Notes: generated by a model not told the origin, from the letters alone. Shown: positions 19,378 to 29,970, counted from the first letter of the stretch. The stretch: DNA of 64,000 bases from Candidatus Harrisonbacteria bacterium CG10_big_fil_rev_8_21_14_0_10_40_38 (GCA_002773535.1 PFAZ01000007.1:4675-68674), one strand, 5' to 3'. Numbers and translations: made by a program.

Positions 19378-20589
19378 ATGAGGTTTCACTATTTGGCGTC
19401 CGGTCCGGACGGAAAAATTGTAGAGGGAAATCTTGAAGCAAAGGATCAAGCTCAGGCTTTGTTATTTTTATCCGAAAAAGGGCTAAAACCGGTAACTGTA
19501 AAGCCACTAGATGGAAGCAGTTCAAAGATAAAAAAAGGAGGTCGCCAAAAAATAACCATCAACGATAAACTATTTTTTACAAAATATCTTAGCCTCATGT
19601 TGAAATCAGGCATAGATCTATTCAAAGCAGTAGATATTCTTATCGCTGATTTCGATAAACCGGTTATGAAAAAACTCCTCACCGAGATAAGAGGAGCTCT
19701 AGAAAAAGGTGATCCATTTCACAAAACCTTTATGAATTATCCAAAGTATTTTTCTCCTGTATTCATAAACATGATTAAGGCAGGTGAATCATCCGGCACC
19801 CTAGATGTTGTATTTGCCGACTTAAACAGGTCCATAGAAAAAGAAAATGATCTCAGAACAAAAATAAGATCAGCTCTAGTATACCCAACTATGCTTATGG
19901 GCATGGCAACAGCAATTTTATTATTTCTTGTTACATTCGCCCTCCCAAAAATCGCCGAAGTATTCAGTGGAGGTGGTTTCAATCCACCGATTTTTTCAAA
20001 AATTGTATTTGCAGTCGGCTTGTTTCTTAATAAATATATATTTTTTGTCATTGGCTTTATCTTCTCGTTTCTTTTCATGGTGTTTTTTGTCTTAAGGAAA
20101 ACCAGATTTGGCAAAATGATTATTGCAAAAACTCTCTCAGTTGCGCCGCTTGTAAGAACGGTTACCAAAGAAATCGCTCTACAGAGATTCGCTTCAACTT
20201 TTAGTTCGCTTATGAGATCAGGTCTCCCGATCATAGAAGCTCTGGATATCACAGCTAGCGCAGTTGGAAACGCCAACATAGAAGCAAGTTTAAGGAGGGT
20301 AGCCCACGAAGGCATTATTAAAGGTCTCACAATGGGAGATGCTTTTAAAAAAGAAACAGTTTTTCCAAAAAGCGTAACCAATCTCGTTGCAATTTCAGAA
20401 AAAGCAGGTCATTTGGATGAAATTCTCCAGACATTATCAGACTTTTACGAAACGGAAATAGACAATTCCCTCAAAACACTTATCTCGTTTCTAGAACCTA
20501 TGCTTCTCATCGGTATTGGTATAATTGTCGCCGTCATCGCCCTCGCTATTATTGTCCCCATTTATCAACTTGTCGGACAATTCTCTTAA
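19378..20589 (+). CDS. pilC: Type IV pilus platform protein PilC/GspF
   Basis: AGESSGTLD, IRSALVYP and LEP…IIVPIYQL. Confidence 0.93.
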   Translation: MRFHYLASGPDGKIVEGNLEAKDQAQALLFLSEKGLKPVTVKPLDGSSSKIKKGGRQKITINDKLFFTKYLSLMLKSGIDLFKAVDILIADFDKPVMKKLLTEIRGALEKGDPFHKTFMNYPKYFSPVFINMIKAGESSGTLDVVFADLNRSIEKENDLRTKIRSALVYPTMLMGMATAILLFLVTFALPKIAEVFSGGGFNPPIFSKIVFAVGLFLNKYIFFVIGFIFSFLFMVFFVLRKTRFGKMIIAKTLSVAPLVRTVTKEIALQRFASTFSSLMRSGLPIIEALDITASAVGNANIEASLRRVAHEGIIKGLTMGDAFKKETVFPKSVTNLVAISEKAGHLDEILQTLSDFYETEIDNSLKTLISFLEPMLLIGIGIIVAVIALAIIVPIYQLVGQFS

Positions 20590-20594
20590 AGAAA

Positions 20595-21062
20595 ATGAAA
20601 AAATGGAGTACACCCAAAAACGGCTTTTCACTGATAGAAATAATGATAGTAATGGCAATTATTATCGTTTTAGGAACTATTACGTCTTTAAATCTTTTTA
20701 ACGAAAGAACCAGAAAGGAACTTGATGTCACTGAAAAATCAATCGTAGCAGTGCTTCGTGAGGCTCAACAAAAATCAATTACACAGGAAGATGAATCAGA
20801 ATGGGGAGTCGCCTTTGTGGATGATACCAGCGACTATTATGAACTGACAAAAGATAGCACATCTTATGGAAAACAAAATATAATCAAGAGCTCTCTTGAA
20901 TTTGAATCGGTAACAGATGTCTCTTTTGCCAAAATTACAGGCGAGCCGTCTGTTAATGGTGATATAGTGATTATAAAAATATCTGGAACAGATTGTCTTT
21001 TAGAGGCTGAAAAATGTAAAACCATTACTATAAACAGCAATGGCACAATCACTTATGATTGA
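20595..21062 (+). CDS. Minor pilin (FimT/GspH-like)
   Basis: NG|FSLIEIMIVMAII; LREAQQKS. Confidence 0.85.
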   Translation: MKKWSTPKNGFSLIEIMIVMAIIIVLGTITSLNLFNERTRKELDVTEKSIVAVLREAQQKSITQEDESEWGVAFVDDTSDYYELTKDSTSYGKQNIIKSSLEFESVTDVSFAKITGEPSVNGDIVIIKISGTDCLLEAEKCKTITINSNGTITYD

Positions 21063-21774
21063 TAAAAAAAAGCTCTTTGAAATATTCTTGTCAAAACAGG
21101 GTCAGTCTCTTGCTGAGATACTTGTTGCGGTTACCGTTGCCTTGGTTTTGATAGGGTCATCAGTGCTTTTAATAGGCGTAGCCCTCCGTTCAAGCACAGA
21201 AACAAAATATCAGCAGGAAGCTTCGCTCTTGGGTCATAACCTTTTAAATCTCGTCACTGTTTATGCCGAAGGTCTTTGGAATTGCGATGGGGCAACGTGC
21301 GCTACCAGCAGAGGCATCTACAACCTTGCAAAAGGCTCAGGGGCAATATATTATATTGCCACAACAACACCTTTAACACACGGATCAGAGGGCAGTCCTG
21401 AAGACATAACGCTAAACAATGCAACCTATTCAAGGTATTTTTACGTTCAAAATATGTGTCGCAATGGTGGAACAATCTCCGGCCTCTCTGACAATAGTGG
21501 CGTAGACACTACTTGCGTAACTTCTGGTGGTTCCGAAGACCCGTCAACTCAAAAAATCACCGCCGTTGTCACATGGACAGAAAACGGCACTCAAACACTA
21601 ACTATCGAAAAAATCCTCACACATCACTCAAATAATGTTTTTGTGCAAACCGACTGGTCAGGGGGTGAGGTAAATAGCGGTGGCAACCCCGTCGTCATTA
21701 CAGAACCAGATAGTTATTATTTTACAGATGATAGTGTAAACACAGGCACAGCCGGAGAAATAAAAATCCAGTAA
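21055..21774 (+). CDS. Minor pilin (PilV-like)
   Basis: QG|QSLAEILVAV prepilin motif; C-terminal VQTDWSGG; start uncertain (21040 or 21055). Confidence 0.75.
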   Translation: MIDKKKLFEIFLSKQGQSLAEILVAVTVALVLIGSSVLLIGVALRSSTETKYQQEASLLGHNLLNLVTVYAEGLWNCDGATCATSRGIYNLAKGSGAIYYIATTTPLTHGSEGSPEDITLNNATYSRYFYVQNMCRNGGTISGLSDNSGVDTTCVTSGGSEDPSTQKITAVVTWTENGTQTLTIEKILTHHSNNVFVQTDWSGGEVNSGGNPVVITEPDSYYFTDDSVNTGTAGEIKIQ

Positions 21775-21775
21775 A

Positions 21776-22669
21776 ATGAAAACTTCATTTAAAAAAGTAA
21801 TATTTTTTATACCAGTCCTTTCAATTGGAATTTTATTTATGAGTCACGCAAAGGCAGTCAGTGATAACACAAGCGGATATGCGTGGAACGATGTAGTCGG
21901 CTGGGTTAGTTTTGAAAGCAATGTTGAGGTCACGGACTCGAAAATTACTGGGTACGCAGACATAGCTCAAGTTAGTGAAAACTTAGGCCTAGATTGTAAT
22001 ACAGTCCCAAATTCTCCTGACTGCGGTACTGCCGGGAATTGGTTTGTATCGAATGACTCCAATGGAAACCTCGCCGGTTGGGGTTGGAATAAAAAAATTG
22101 GTTGGGTGAGTTTCTGTGGTAATACTTCAGGCGGGTCAACACACAATGGCACTACTTGGGAGTGTCCCAGTTCGCCGACTTATGAAGTCACGATAGATGG
22201 CGTAACAGGAGATTTCAGTGGTTGGGCATGGAACGACGTTGTCGGCTGGATTAGTTTTAGCTGCAGCAATACCGGAACATGCGCTACATCTGATTATGTA
22301 GTAAATACTGGCTGGCGATCAAACGCCACCACCGATGGAAGTCTCGAATCAAGCACCATAGACACCTGTCCGTCGGAAAGCAACTGTAGCGCAAATCTAA
22401 ACACAATCATGTGGCAGGGAGATGCAAATGGAGCAACTGTTTCATTTCAGATAGCGTCATCAAACAACTCTACCGGCCCATGGACGTTTTATGGCCCAAA
22501 TGGCGACACTGGCACCTATTACAGCCCAAGCGGCCCGAATGAGCCATCTATAAAAATTACAAGAGAACACGCAAATAAAAGATATATTCGTTATAAAGTA
22601 TTTTTCAATAGAATATCCGGAAGTCCTAGTCCGGTTGTGCGCGATGTTATACTAAACATAAGTCCATGA
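21776..22669 (+). CDS. Secreted pilus-associated protein with GWAWNxxxGW repeats
   Basis: Signal peptide; SGYAWNDVVGWVSF, AGWGWNKKIGWVSF and SGWAWNDVVGWISF. Confidence 0.7.
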   Translation: MKTSFKKVIFFIPVLSIGILFMSHAKAVSDNTSGYAWNDVVGWVSFESNVEVTDSKITGYADIAQVSENLGLDCNTVPNSPDCGTAGNWFVSNDSNGNLAGWGWNKKIGWVSFCGNTSGGSTHNGTTWECPSSPTYEVTIDGVTGDFSGWAWNDVVGWISFSCSNTGTCATSDYVVNTGWRSNATTDGSLESSTIDTCPSESNCSANLNTIMWQGDANGATVSFQIASSNNSTGPWTFYGPNGDTGTYYSPSGPNEPSIKITREHANKRYIRYKVFFNRISGSPSPVVRDVILNISP

Positions 22670-23181
22670 GAAAAAAATCCCAAAAAAATCCCAAAAAAAT
22701 CCCAAAATTTGGAATTTTTACGCCCGCAGGTGGATTGGAATTTGGAATTTCTAACAAGGGAATAATTTCACTTGGCATCACACTCCTTTTAGGGGGTATT
22801 ATTATAGAGATAGGCGTTGGTATTGCGCTTATTACTTATCTTCTAAACCAAAATAATTTTGGTATAAAACAATCAAACGAAAGCTATGTTGCCGCAGAAT
22901 CAGGCATAGAAGACGCTATTCTCCGAGTTATAAACGACAATTTTACCACGGGTTCCATAGTTACTATTGACCTTACCAATGCCTCGGCGGATGTTCGTAT
23001 ATGCGAAGATACTATAGGAGGTTCTGAAAACGGTTGCGGTGCGACAGCTGCCCCTGGCAAAACCGAAATCATAAGCGTTGGGACGTCACAACTTAGAAAA
23101 AGAAAAATAGTAGCAGTTTTAAATATAGATAGCGAAACAAAAAAAGTATCCCTAGAGTCAATTTCTGAAACATCTTTCTAA
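22666..23181 (+). CDS. PilX-like minor pilin
   Basis: KG|IISL hydrophobic helix; SYVAAESGIEDAILR PilX-type motif. Confidence 0.7.
   Translation: MRKKSQKNPKKIPKFGIFTPAGGLEFGISNKGIISLGITLLLGGIIIEIGVGIALITYLLNQNNFGIKQSNESYVAAESGIEDAILRVINDNFTTGSIVTIDLTNASADVRICEDTIGGSENGCGATAAPGKTEIISVGTSQLRKRKIVAVLNIDSETKKVSLESISETSF
22671..22703 (+). repeat. Tandem repeat (AAAAAAATCCC)x3 inside the PilX-like leader
   Basis: Three perfect 11-bp units. Confidence 0.9.
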
Positions 23182-23182
23182 T

Positions 23183-24721
23183 ATGAAAAAAAAACCCGCA
23201 AAAAATAAAGAACCAATCGCAAAAAAGCTAAACAAGTACCTTAAAATTTTAAACCCATCCCCTCCGATCGGTGGTCTTTCGATAACAGATGACGCCATAA
23301 GATTCGTCTTAATTCACGAAGACAGAAAAATATCATCAGCTTCATTAAGATTGCCGCCGGGAATAATATCCGGAGGCGTCATCAAAGATGCGGCAAATCT
23401 CAAGGCAGCATTCAAAAAACTTCACGAAGAAATAAAAGTTGGAAAAAACCATGAAATGCATATTGTGGTTGTCTTGCCATCACCAGTTGTCTCTGCGCAG
23501 TCTTTTTACGTTCCATTTATCGAAGAAAACCGCCTTGATGAAACAGCAAAGCTTAATATGCAAATGGTCTCACCTATAGACTGGAATACCGCATATTCCA
23601 GTTGGCAAAAAATAGGCGAACAGTTTTCTGAAGGAGGACAAATAGAGCTTCTTGGAGCTTTTGCAGAAAAAAAACTGGTTGACGAATACACTTCCACCCT
23701 TGAAGAATCAGGATTTTCCATTTCAGCCGTAGAATTTCCAGCCCTTTCGCTTTTAAGGCTTATAAATCATGAAAATATATTAACTTCAGACGGTGTCTAC
23801 TTAATTGTTGAAGTTATGGTTGAAGGCGTAGGCCTCATGCTCATAAAAGAAAAAAACCTCCGATTTAACCACTTTCATACTTGGCAATCCGTTAGTGAAG
23901 AGATAGGCGGCAAGCAAATCACAAAAGAAGAGCTAAAAAAATTCCTCGAAACAGAAATACAAAAGCTTATTAACTTCAATACAAGTAAATGGGGAGGGGT
24001 AATTGTCTCCGGTGTAGTCATTTCACCAGGAACAGAATCAGACATAGAGAGCATATTTAAAGATTCATTTAGTCTTCCAATAATAAAATTTCCAAAAACC
24101 TCGCAGGGTTCATCAATCGAAGCCCCTTGGTTTACTGCAGCCGGAGCCGCTCTTAGAGGTATGATAGACCGTGAAAAAGATATGCTCATTAGTCTTGCAA
24201 ATACATCTGTTCAAGAAAAATACTGGGAAACGAGAAAACTTCATTTTGCAATTTTCTGGAGAAAGATAAGTTTTGTAATAGTCATCTTTTTACTTCTACT
24301 CACTGCCGGCTTTGATTTTTATATAGCGCTTCGTCAGAAATCAATAAAAAACAGCACAAATATTGTTTCTGCTTCCGAGTCTGACATAGCAAATGTTAAA
24401 TCTCTTGAGGCTAAAGCAAAAGAATTTAACAAGCAGATCTCTAAAATTGAGCAAGCTGGAAAAAATACAAACAAAATTGCTTCGCTATTCAAGAAAGTGG
24501 AGAGTCTCCAAAAAGACTCACTTATAATCAAATTTCTAAAAACAGAGGGTAAAACAATTCTGATATCCGGTCACGCCAACACCGAGAGCGAGGTTATCGC
24601 TTTTAAAGATAGCTTAGAAAAAGAAGAGGAGTTTAAAGATGTTCAATTGCCTTTATCAAATCTTCACGTAAATCCATCCGGGGGAACAGATTTTAGTCTT
24701 ACTTTTTCTCTTGCAGAGTAG
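23183..24721 (+). CDS. PilM-PilN-like fusion (pilus alignment complex)
   Basis: GLSITDDAIR actin-like N-terminus, LPPGIISGG, one TM, then coiled coil and ISGHA PilN-like domain. Confidence 0.7.
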   Translation: MKKKPAKNKEPIAKKLNKYLKILNPSPPIGGLSITDDAIRFVLIHEDRKISSASLRLPPGIISGGVIKDAANLKAAFKKLHEEIKVGKNHEMHIVVVLPSPVVSAQSFYVPFIEENRLDETAKLNMQMVSPIDWNTAYSSWQKIGEQFSEGGQIELLGAFAEKKLVDEYTSTLEESGFSISAVEFPALSLLRLINHENILTSDGVYLIVEVMVEGVGLMLIKEKNLRFNHFHTWQSVSEEIGGKQITKEELKKFLETEIQKLINFNTSKWGGVIVSGVVISPGTESDIESIFKDSFSLPIIKFPKTSQGSSIEAPWFTAAGAALRGMIDREKDMLISLANTSVQEKYWETRKLHFAIFWRKISFVIVIFLLLLTAGFDFYIALRQKSIKNSTNIVSASESDIANVKSLEAKAKEFNKQISKIEQAGKNTNKIASLFKKVESLQKDSLIIKFLKTEGKTILISGHANTESEVIAFKDSLEKEEEFKDVQLPLSNLHVNPSGGTDFSLTFSLAE

Positions 24722-25202
24722 GTATTGCCATCACTGCTTCAGAAAAAACCTTTCCCAAAACTTTCATATGAGTTGCCGAAATTTTCTTTAAAACGAAAGA
24801 TCCGGCTTTTTGCCGTGGCTTGTTTTCTTCATTTGGCCTGATTCCTATTCTAAGTCGCCAAAATGCGTCTGTCCCCAAACTTTTTTGGATACTTCTAACC
24901 CCATTTTGTCCGGCAGATCCTCTATTGAAAGAAAATTTATATTTTCCTAACAAAACATCACTCTCATCGTGAACTATTAAAAGTTCTTCAGGTTTTACGG
25001 ATATTTTTGAAAGCTGTGAAAGCACAAATTTTCCAGAAATATTCATTGAAACATCCGTCTTTAAAACTCTTACTTTTGGGATGAGATTCATTAAATCCTC
25101 ATTTTGAGAAACATAATCAACAAAAATATGACCTGCATTGTGATAAGTTTTTTGAAAACCCGCTTCAGGATTTCCTAATCCAATAATCAATTTTATAGCC
25201 AT
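24699..25202 (-). CDS. pth: Peptidyl-tRNA hydrolase
   Basis: LIIGLGNP…TYHNAG…VHDE…GSAGQNG…RLRIGI. Confidence 0.93.
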   Translation of the reverse strand: MAIKLIIGLGNPEAGFQKTYHNAGHIFVDYVSQNEDLMNLIPKVRVLKTDVSMNISGKFVLSQLSKISVKPEELLIVHDESDVLLGKYKFSFNRGSAGQNGVRSIQKSLGTDAFWRLRIGIRPNEENKPRQKAGSFVLKKISATHMKVLGKVFSEAVMAIPTLQEKK

Positions 25203-25330
25203 AAATCAATACCTATTCATTCTAACGGCTTCGCAACACAAGCGGCAAGGAGACTAAAAACAAAACATTGCGATTTTTACTCGAGAATAGTATAATTATT
25301 TGCATTGCAGGCGCTAAAAATGAGCGCTTT

Positions 25331-25900
25331 ATGAAAAGATTGATGAAAAAACCGGAAATAAAACAGTTTCTATTTGGCATCTGGGAAATAGTCGAAATTG
25401 TGGTTGTTGCCTTAGCAACAGTGTTTTTAATACGGACTTTTCTCTTTCAGCCGTTTTTGGTATCAGGCGCCTCAATGGAACCGACTTTTTCTGATGGCAA
25501 TTACATCATTATCGATGAGATAACCTATAGATTTAGGGACCCCATTCGTGGTGAGGTTATTGTTTTCAGATATCCACTAGATAAATCAAGTTTTTTCATT
25601 AAACGGGTAGTTGGTTTACCGGGTGAAAGAATTGTATCCAGAGATGGAGATGTAAAAATATACAAAGGGGAAGAAGTGCTAACCTTGGATGAAACTTATC
25701 TTCCGGAAAATACAAAAATAACCGAAAACATAGACACAACCCTAAAAGAAGACGAATATTTTGTTATGGGAGATAATAGATACCACAGTTATGACTCTAG
25801 AAATTGGGGTGCTGTTAAGAAGGAGGATATCATTGGCATAGCAAGATTGAGAGTGTTCCCGATTGAAAATGTAAAAATTTTCAATCCACCAGCCTATTAG
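25331..25900 (+). CDS. lepB: Signal peptidase I
   Basis: VSGASMEPT, FIKRVVGLPG and GDNR..S.DSR. Confidence 0.95.
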   Translation: MKRLMKKPEIKQFLFGIWEIVEIVVVALATVFLIRTFLFQPFLVSGASMEPTFSDGNYIIIDEITYRFRDPIRGEVIVFRYPLDKSSFFIKRVVGLPGERIVSRDGDVKIYKGEEVLTLDETYLPENTKITENIDTTLKEDEYFVMGDNRYHSYDSRNWGAVKKEDIIGIARLRVFPIENVKIFNPPAY

Positions 25901-25903
25901 AAT

Positions 25904-27190
25904 ATGCCTAAAGAATCAAAAAAAAAGAAAGCAGCTCAAATTCAGAGAGTAAAAGGAATGCACGATATTCTCCCTGACGACCAATGGCTTTGGGACCAGG
26001 TTCGTTCTGCTACAAAAAAGATTGCTGAATATTATAACTTTGTTCGACTTGATACACCCGTACTTGAACAAGCGTCGCTTTTTGAACGCACTGTTGGAGA
26101 AGCAACAGACATTGTTGAAAAACAAATGTTTATTGTTCAAACAAAGGGAAAAGAACGACTTGTTATGCGTCCAGAATGGACCGCAGGAGCAGCGCGAGCA
26201 TACATCGAAAACAGCCTGAGCCAGAGAGGTTTTCCTGTAAAACTTTACACAGATCTTTCTCTTTTCAGATACGAACAGCCACAAGAGGGGAGATTTAGGG
26301 AATTTCACCAGCTCGATTTAGAAATAATCAGCAGCGAGAACGATCCGATATACGATGTTCAGATTATGCTTGTTCTGACTCGTATTATTGAATCACTTAA
26401 AATCAAAGGTTTTTCAATTTCGGTAAACAGTATCGGGTGTAAATCGTGTAGACCACCTTACAAAAAAGAACTTCAAAACTACTACAAGGGTGTAAAGAGT
26501 CAGCTTTGTGCTGATTGCGCAAGAAGGCTCGAGGCCAATCCATTACGTCTTTTGGATTGCAAGGAAGAAAAATGTGTTGAGCTCAAAAAAAATGCCCCAA
26601 TAATCATCGATCACCTTTGCAACACCTGTCACAACCACTTCAAACAAGTCTTAGAATACCTTGATGAAGTTCAGTTGCCATACGCGCTTGACCACCACTT
26701 GGTTCGTGGACTCGATTATTACACAAAAACAGTATTTGAAATTAATTGTGAAGGAGTTGATTTTGCTATTGCCGGGGGAGGTAGATACGATTATCTTATA
26801 GAATTACTTGGCGGAAAAAACACTCCAGCTGTAGGCGCAGCCGCAGGAATAGAGAGGCTTATTAAAGTCATGAAAATGCAAAACCCGGAAAAAAAGCCAA
26901 AGGAAAAACAAAAAATCTTTCTTGTTCATATCGGAGAACTTGCAAAAAAGAAGAGCCTTTCGCTCATTGAGGAACTTAGAAAGGCAAATATCGAAATCAC
27001 AGAATCACTAGGTAAAGAATCTCTAAAAGCCCAATTAAGAGTTGCCGACAAAGAGGGTTGCCCATACGCCCTTATTTTCGGCCAACGGGAGGCTTTTGAG
27101 GACAACATCATTTTAAGAGATTTAAAGACCGGAACACAGGAAACAGTTATGCTAAGAAAGCTCGCAGAAACTCTTAAAAAGAGAAGTTAG
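25904..27190 (+). CDS. hisS: Histidine--tRNA ligase
   Basis: KGMHD, RYEQPQEGRFREF, LVRGLDYY and GGGRYD. Confidence 0.97.
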   Translation: MPKESKKKKAAQIQRVKGMHDILPDDQWLWDQVRSATKKIAEYYNFVRLDTPVLEQASLFERTVGEATDIVEKQMFIVQTKGKERLVMRPEWTAGAARAYIENSLSQRGFPVKLYTDLSLFRYEQPQEGRFREFHQLDLEIISSENDPIYDVQIMLVLTRIIESLKIKGFSISVNSIGCKSCRPPYKKELQNYYKGVKSQLCADCARRLEANPLRLLDCKEEKCVELKKNAPIIIDHLCNTCHNHFKQVLEYLDEVQLPYALDHHLVRGLDYYTKTVFEINCEGVDFAIAGGGRYDYLIELLGGKNTPAVGAAAGIERLIKVMKMQNPEKKPKEKQKIFLVHIGELAKKKSLSLIEELRKANIEITESLGKESLKAQLRVADKEGCPYALIFGQREAFEDNIILRDLKTGTQETVMLRKLAETLKKRS

Positions 27191-27198
27191 TTGATTTT

Positions 27199-27609
27199 AT
27201 GGATTGCTTGTTTTGTAAAATTGCTGAAAAGGAAATACCCTCAGAAATTATATACGAAGACGAAAACACTGTTTCCTTTTTAGATATCCACCCAAGGTCC
27301 CTGGGTCACACCGTCGTTATATCAAAATCTCATTCAGAAAACATAATAGATTTACCTGAAAATATGGTAGGTCCGCTTTTTAGATCCGTAAAAAAAGTCA
27401 CAAGTCTCATAAAAAAGACGCTAGACCCAAAGGGCTTTACTATTGGCATAAATCACGGTAAAATTAGCGACCAGGTTATTGATCACCTGCATGTGCACAT
27501 TATTCCCAGATATGACGGGGATAAAGGCAGCTCTATACACAGTGTCGTAAATAACCCGCCAAATGAACCGATTAACGAGACTGTGAATCGTATTAAAAAT
27601 GGTTTATAA
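27199..27609 (+). CDS. HIT family protein
   Basis: CLFCKI and HLHVHIIPR. Confidence 0.93.
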   Translation: MDCLFCKIAEKEIPSEIIYEDENTVSFLDIHPRSLGHTVVISKSHSENIIDLPENMVGPLFRSVKKVTSLIKKTLDPKGFTIGINHGKISDQVIDHLHVHIIPRYDGDKGSSIHSVVNNPPNEPINETVNRIKNGL

Positions 27610-27640
27610 AAAAGTCGATATATAAATAAAATCCAAAAAA

Positions 27641-27859
27641 ATGAAATCAGTAGACGTAAGAAGAAAAGAAGGTGAAACATCAAATGCTCTTATTTATCGC
27701 TTCCTCAAAAAAACACAACAAAGTGGTGTTTTAAAAGAGGCAAAAAAGAGAAGATTTCACTCACGCCCTGAAAGCAAGATAAAAAGAAGGCAATCAGCTA
27801 TTCACCGTTCAAAAAAACGCGTCGAATACGAAAAGGCAAAAAAGATGGGTATATCCTAA
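27641..27859 (+). CDS. rpsU: 30S ribosomal protein S21
   Basis: VRRKEGE…RFLKK…GVLKEAKKRRF; upstream of YqeY. Confidence 0.85.
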   Translation: MKSVDVRRKEGETSNALIYRFLKKTQQSGVLKEAKKRRFHSRPESKIKRRQSAIHRSKKRVEYEKAKKMGIS

Positions 27860-27864
27860 GCAAA

Positions 27865-28317
27865 ATGACAAAGACCGAAGAATTGATATCAAGTAATCTT
27901 AAAGATGCCATGAGGTCAGGCGATAGTCTTACCGTAAATGTTTTGCGCCTTGTTCAAACAGCTATAAAAAACCGGCAAATAGAAAAAAGAACAAAGGGTG
28001 AAGTAGATGAATTAACTGAAGATGAAATCCAGGCAATACTTCGCTCTGAGGCAAAAAAGAGAAAAGAGGCTTCAGATATGTACGAAAAGGCTGGTCATAA
28101 AGACCGAATGGAAAGCGAGCAAAAGGAACTAGCAGTCTTAAAAAACTACCTCCCAAAACAAATTGAGGGAGAAGAGCTTGAGAAAATGATATCTGGAATA
28201 ATCGAAAAGGAAAACCTTACGACATTTAATGATGCTATCAAAAAAGTTATGTCTGAATTGCGTGGTAGAGCTGATGAAAAACGCATAGTAGAGATCATAA
28301 AAAATATTTTAGGATAG
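27865..28317 (+). CDS. GatB/YqeY domain protein
   Basis: LKDAMRS…KKRKEA…YLPKQ. Confidence 0.9.
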   Translation: MTKTEELISSNLKDAMRSGDSLTVNVLRLVQTAIKNRQIEKRTKGEVDELTEDEIQAILRSEAKKRKEASDMYEKAGHKDRMESEQKELAVLKNYLPKQIEGEELEKMISGIIEKENLTTFNDAIKKVMSELRGRADEKRIVEIIKNILG

Positions 28318-28321
28318 AATC

Positions 28322-28732
28322 ATGAAATATGGTTCAGTTATAGTAACCGAAAAAAAACTAGAAGCGTATAAAAAAGAGACTGCGGCGTTAGTGCGCCGTT
28401 TTTTGCGTTTAATGGGAGAAAACGATGGTTATGTTGAGATTTATCTTGTAGGAAATAAATTTATGGAGAAAAATGTACTCTCGTTTCCAGCCCCAAATGA
28501 CGTCCCAAGACCCGATATAAAAGGAAAAATGCTAGGAGAGGTTTATTTAAACCCGATTTATATAAAAAGCAAGAAAGAAAATTTTAAATACATGCTTATT
28601 CATGGTCTTTTACACTTATTGGGCTATGATCACAAGCGCAAAACTGATAGAATAGTCATGGAGCAAAAGGAGAATGAACTGCTTGTGCTTCTTTTAGATA
28701 GGCAACACCCCAAAAAAGGAAAACGAACATGA
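28322..28732 (+). CDS. ybeY: rRNA maturation endoribonuclease YbeY (short)
   Basis: NVLSFP, LGEVYL and HGLLHLLGYDH. Confidence 0.88.
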   Translation: MKYGSVIVTEKKLEAYKKETAALVRRFLRLMGENDGYVEIYLVGNKFMEKNVLSFPAPNDVPRPDIKGKMLGEVYLNPIYIKSKKENFKYMLIHGLLHLLGYDHKRKTDRIVMEQKENELLVLLLDRQHPKKGKRT

Positions 28733-29955
28733 GTCAATTTATTATTGGTCTTGATATAGGGTCACGAACAATAAAAGCAGCAATAGGAGAAATACGAAGA
28801 GATCGAGAATTAGTACTTTTTGATATTATAACCGCGCCATCAAACGGAATGAGAAAAGGCGTGGTAAGCGAACTTAGCGATCTCACACAATCCATCTCAC
28901 CCGTAATTGGCGAGATACGAAATCTTGGGAAAAAAGCGCTTTCAAATATTTATGTTGGTCTAGGATCCAGTGATCTTAAAGTGCACTCATCAATTGGAGT
29001 CGTAGCAGTATCACGCGCAGACTATGAAATATATCAAGATGACGTTAACAGAGCCGCTCAAAGCGCCCAAGCTATCAATATTGCGCCAAATAGAATGGTC
29101 CTTCACGCCGTGGTAAAGGAGTATATTGTTGATGGCGTAAAAGATATTCGGGATCCACTCGGAATGGTTGGCAACCGTCTAGAAGTTTCCAGTATTATTA
29201 TCGATGCATTCGCACCAGCAATAAAAAGTGTTACAAAATGCGTTGAGGTTTTAGGTGGTAGCATAAGCGGTCTCATTCTTTCACCACTTGCCGACGCAAG
29301 AACAGTTCTTACAAAAAATCAAAAAGAACTCGGTGTGGTTCTTATCAATATCGGATTTGGAAAAACCAGCATGTGTGTTTATGAAGAGGGCAAACTCATG
29401 CATGCCTCAATCTTTCCAGTAGGATCGGGCAATATTACAAACGACTTAGCTATCGGGCTAAAAATTCCAGTAGACACAGCTGAGACAATCAAACTTTCTT
29501 TCGGAAATGCACTTGCTCGTGAGGTATCAGCAAGAGATACAATCGAATTATCAAAAATTGACTCATCCGCAAAGGGCACAGTGCCCAGAAGATTCATTTC
29601 TGAGATTATAGAAGTACGGCTTGCAGAAATACTCGAGCTTGTGAATAATGAACTGAGGCGTATAGGTAAAGAACAGCTTCCAGGAGGGGTTGTTTTAACC
29701 GGGGGAGGGGTGAAACTTCCCGGAATAGCCGATCTTGTACGACAGGAGCTTAAAATGTCAACCCAGATTGGGGTGCCGCATATAGAAGATCTTGAGATTG
29801 TAGGTGATGACCTTCACTCAAAAATAGAGGATCCTGAATACATAACAGCTCTTGGTCTTTTACTTTGGGGTAAGGATAAACACTTAGAATCCAAAAATAT
29901 AAACATCCCAATGAGTGGATTCCTAAAAAAGGCCATTCGGTATTTTACGCCTTAA
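28729..29955 (+). CDS. ftsA: Cell division protein FtsA
   Basis: GLDIGS, DPLGMVG.RLEV and GVVLTGGG; upstream of ftsZ. Confidence 0.95.
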   Translation: MSQFIIGLDIGSRTIKAAIGEIRRDRELVLFDIITAPSNGMRKGVVSELSDLTQSISPVIGEIRNLGKKALSNIYVGLGSSDLKVHSSIGVVAVSRADYEIYQDDVNRAAQSAQAINIAPNRMVLHAVVKEYIVDGVKDIRDPLGMVGNRLEVSSIIIDAFAPAIKSVTKCVEVLGGSISGLILSPLADARTVLTKNQKELGVVLINIGFGKTSMCVYEEGKLMHASIFPVGSGNITNDLAIGLKIPVDTAETIKLSFGNALAREVSARDTIELSKIDSSAKGTVPRRFISEIIEVRLAEILELVNNELRRIGKEQLPGGVVLTGGGVKLPGIADLVRQELKMSTQIGVPHIEDLEIVGDDLHSKIEDPEYITALGLLLWGKDKHLESKNINIPMSGFLKKAIRYFTP

Positions 29956-29970
29956 TAATTTTTAAAATAA

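Noticed and set aside
19737-20381. 214-aa antisense ORF and the other short antisense or nested ORFs in the track
   Set aside because: Shadow frames of well-supported genes with no motifs of their own
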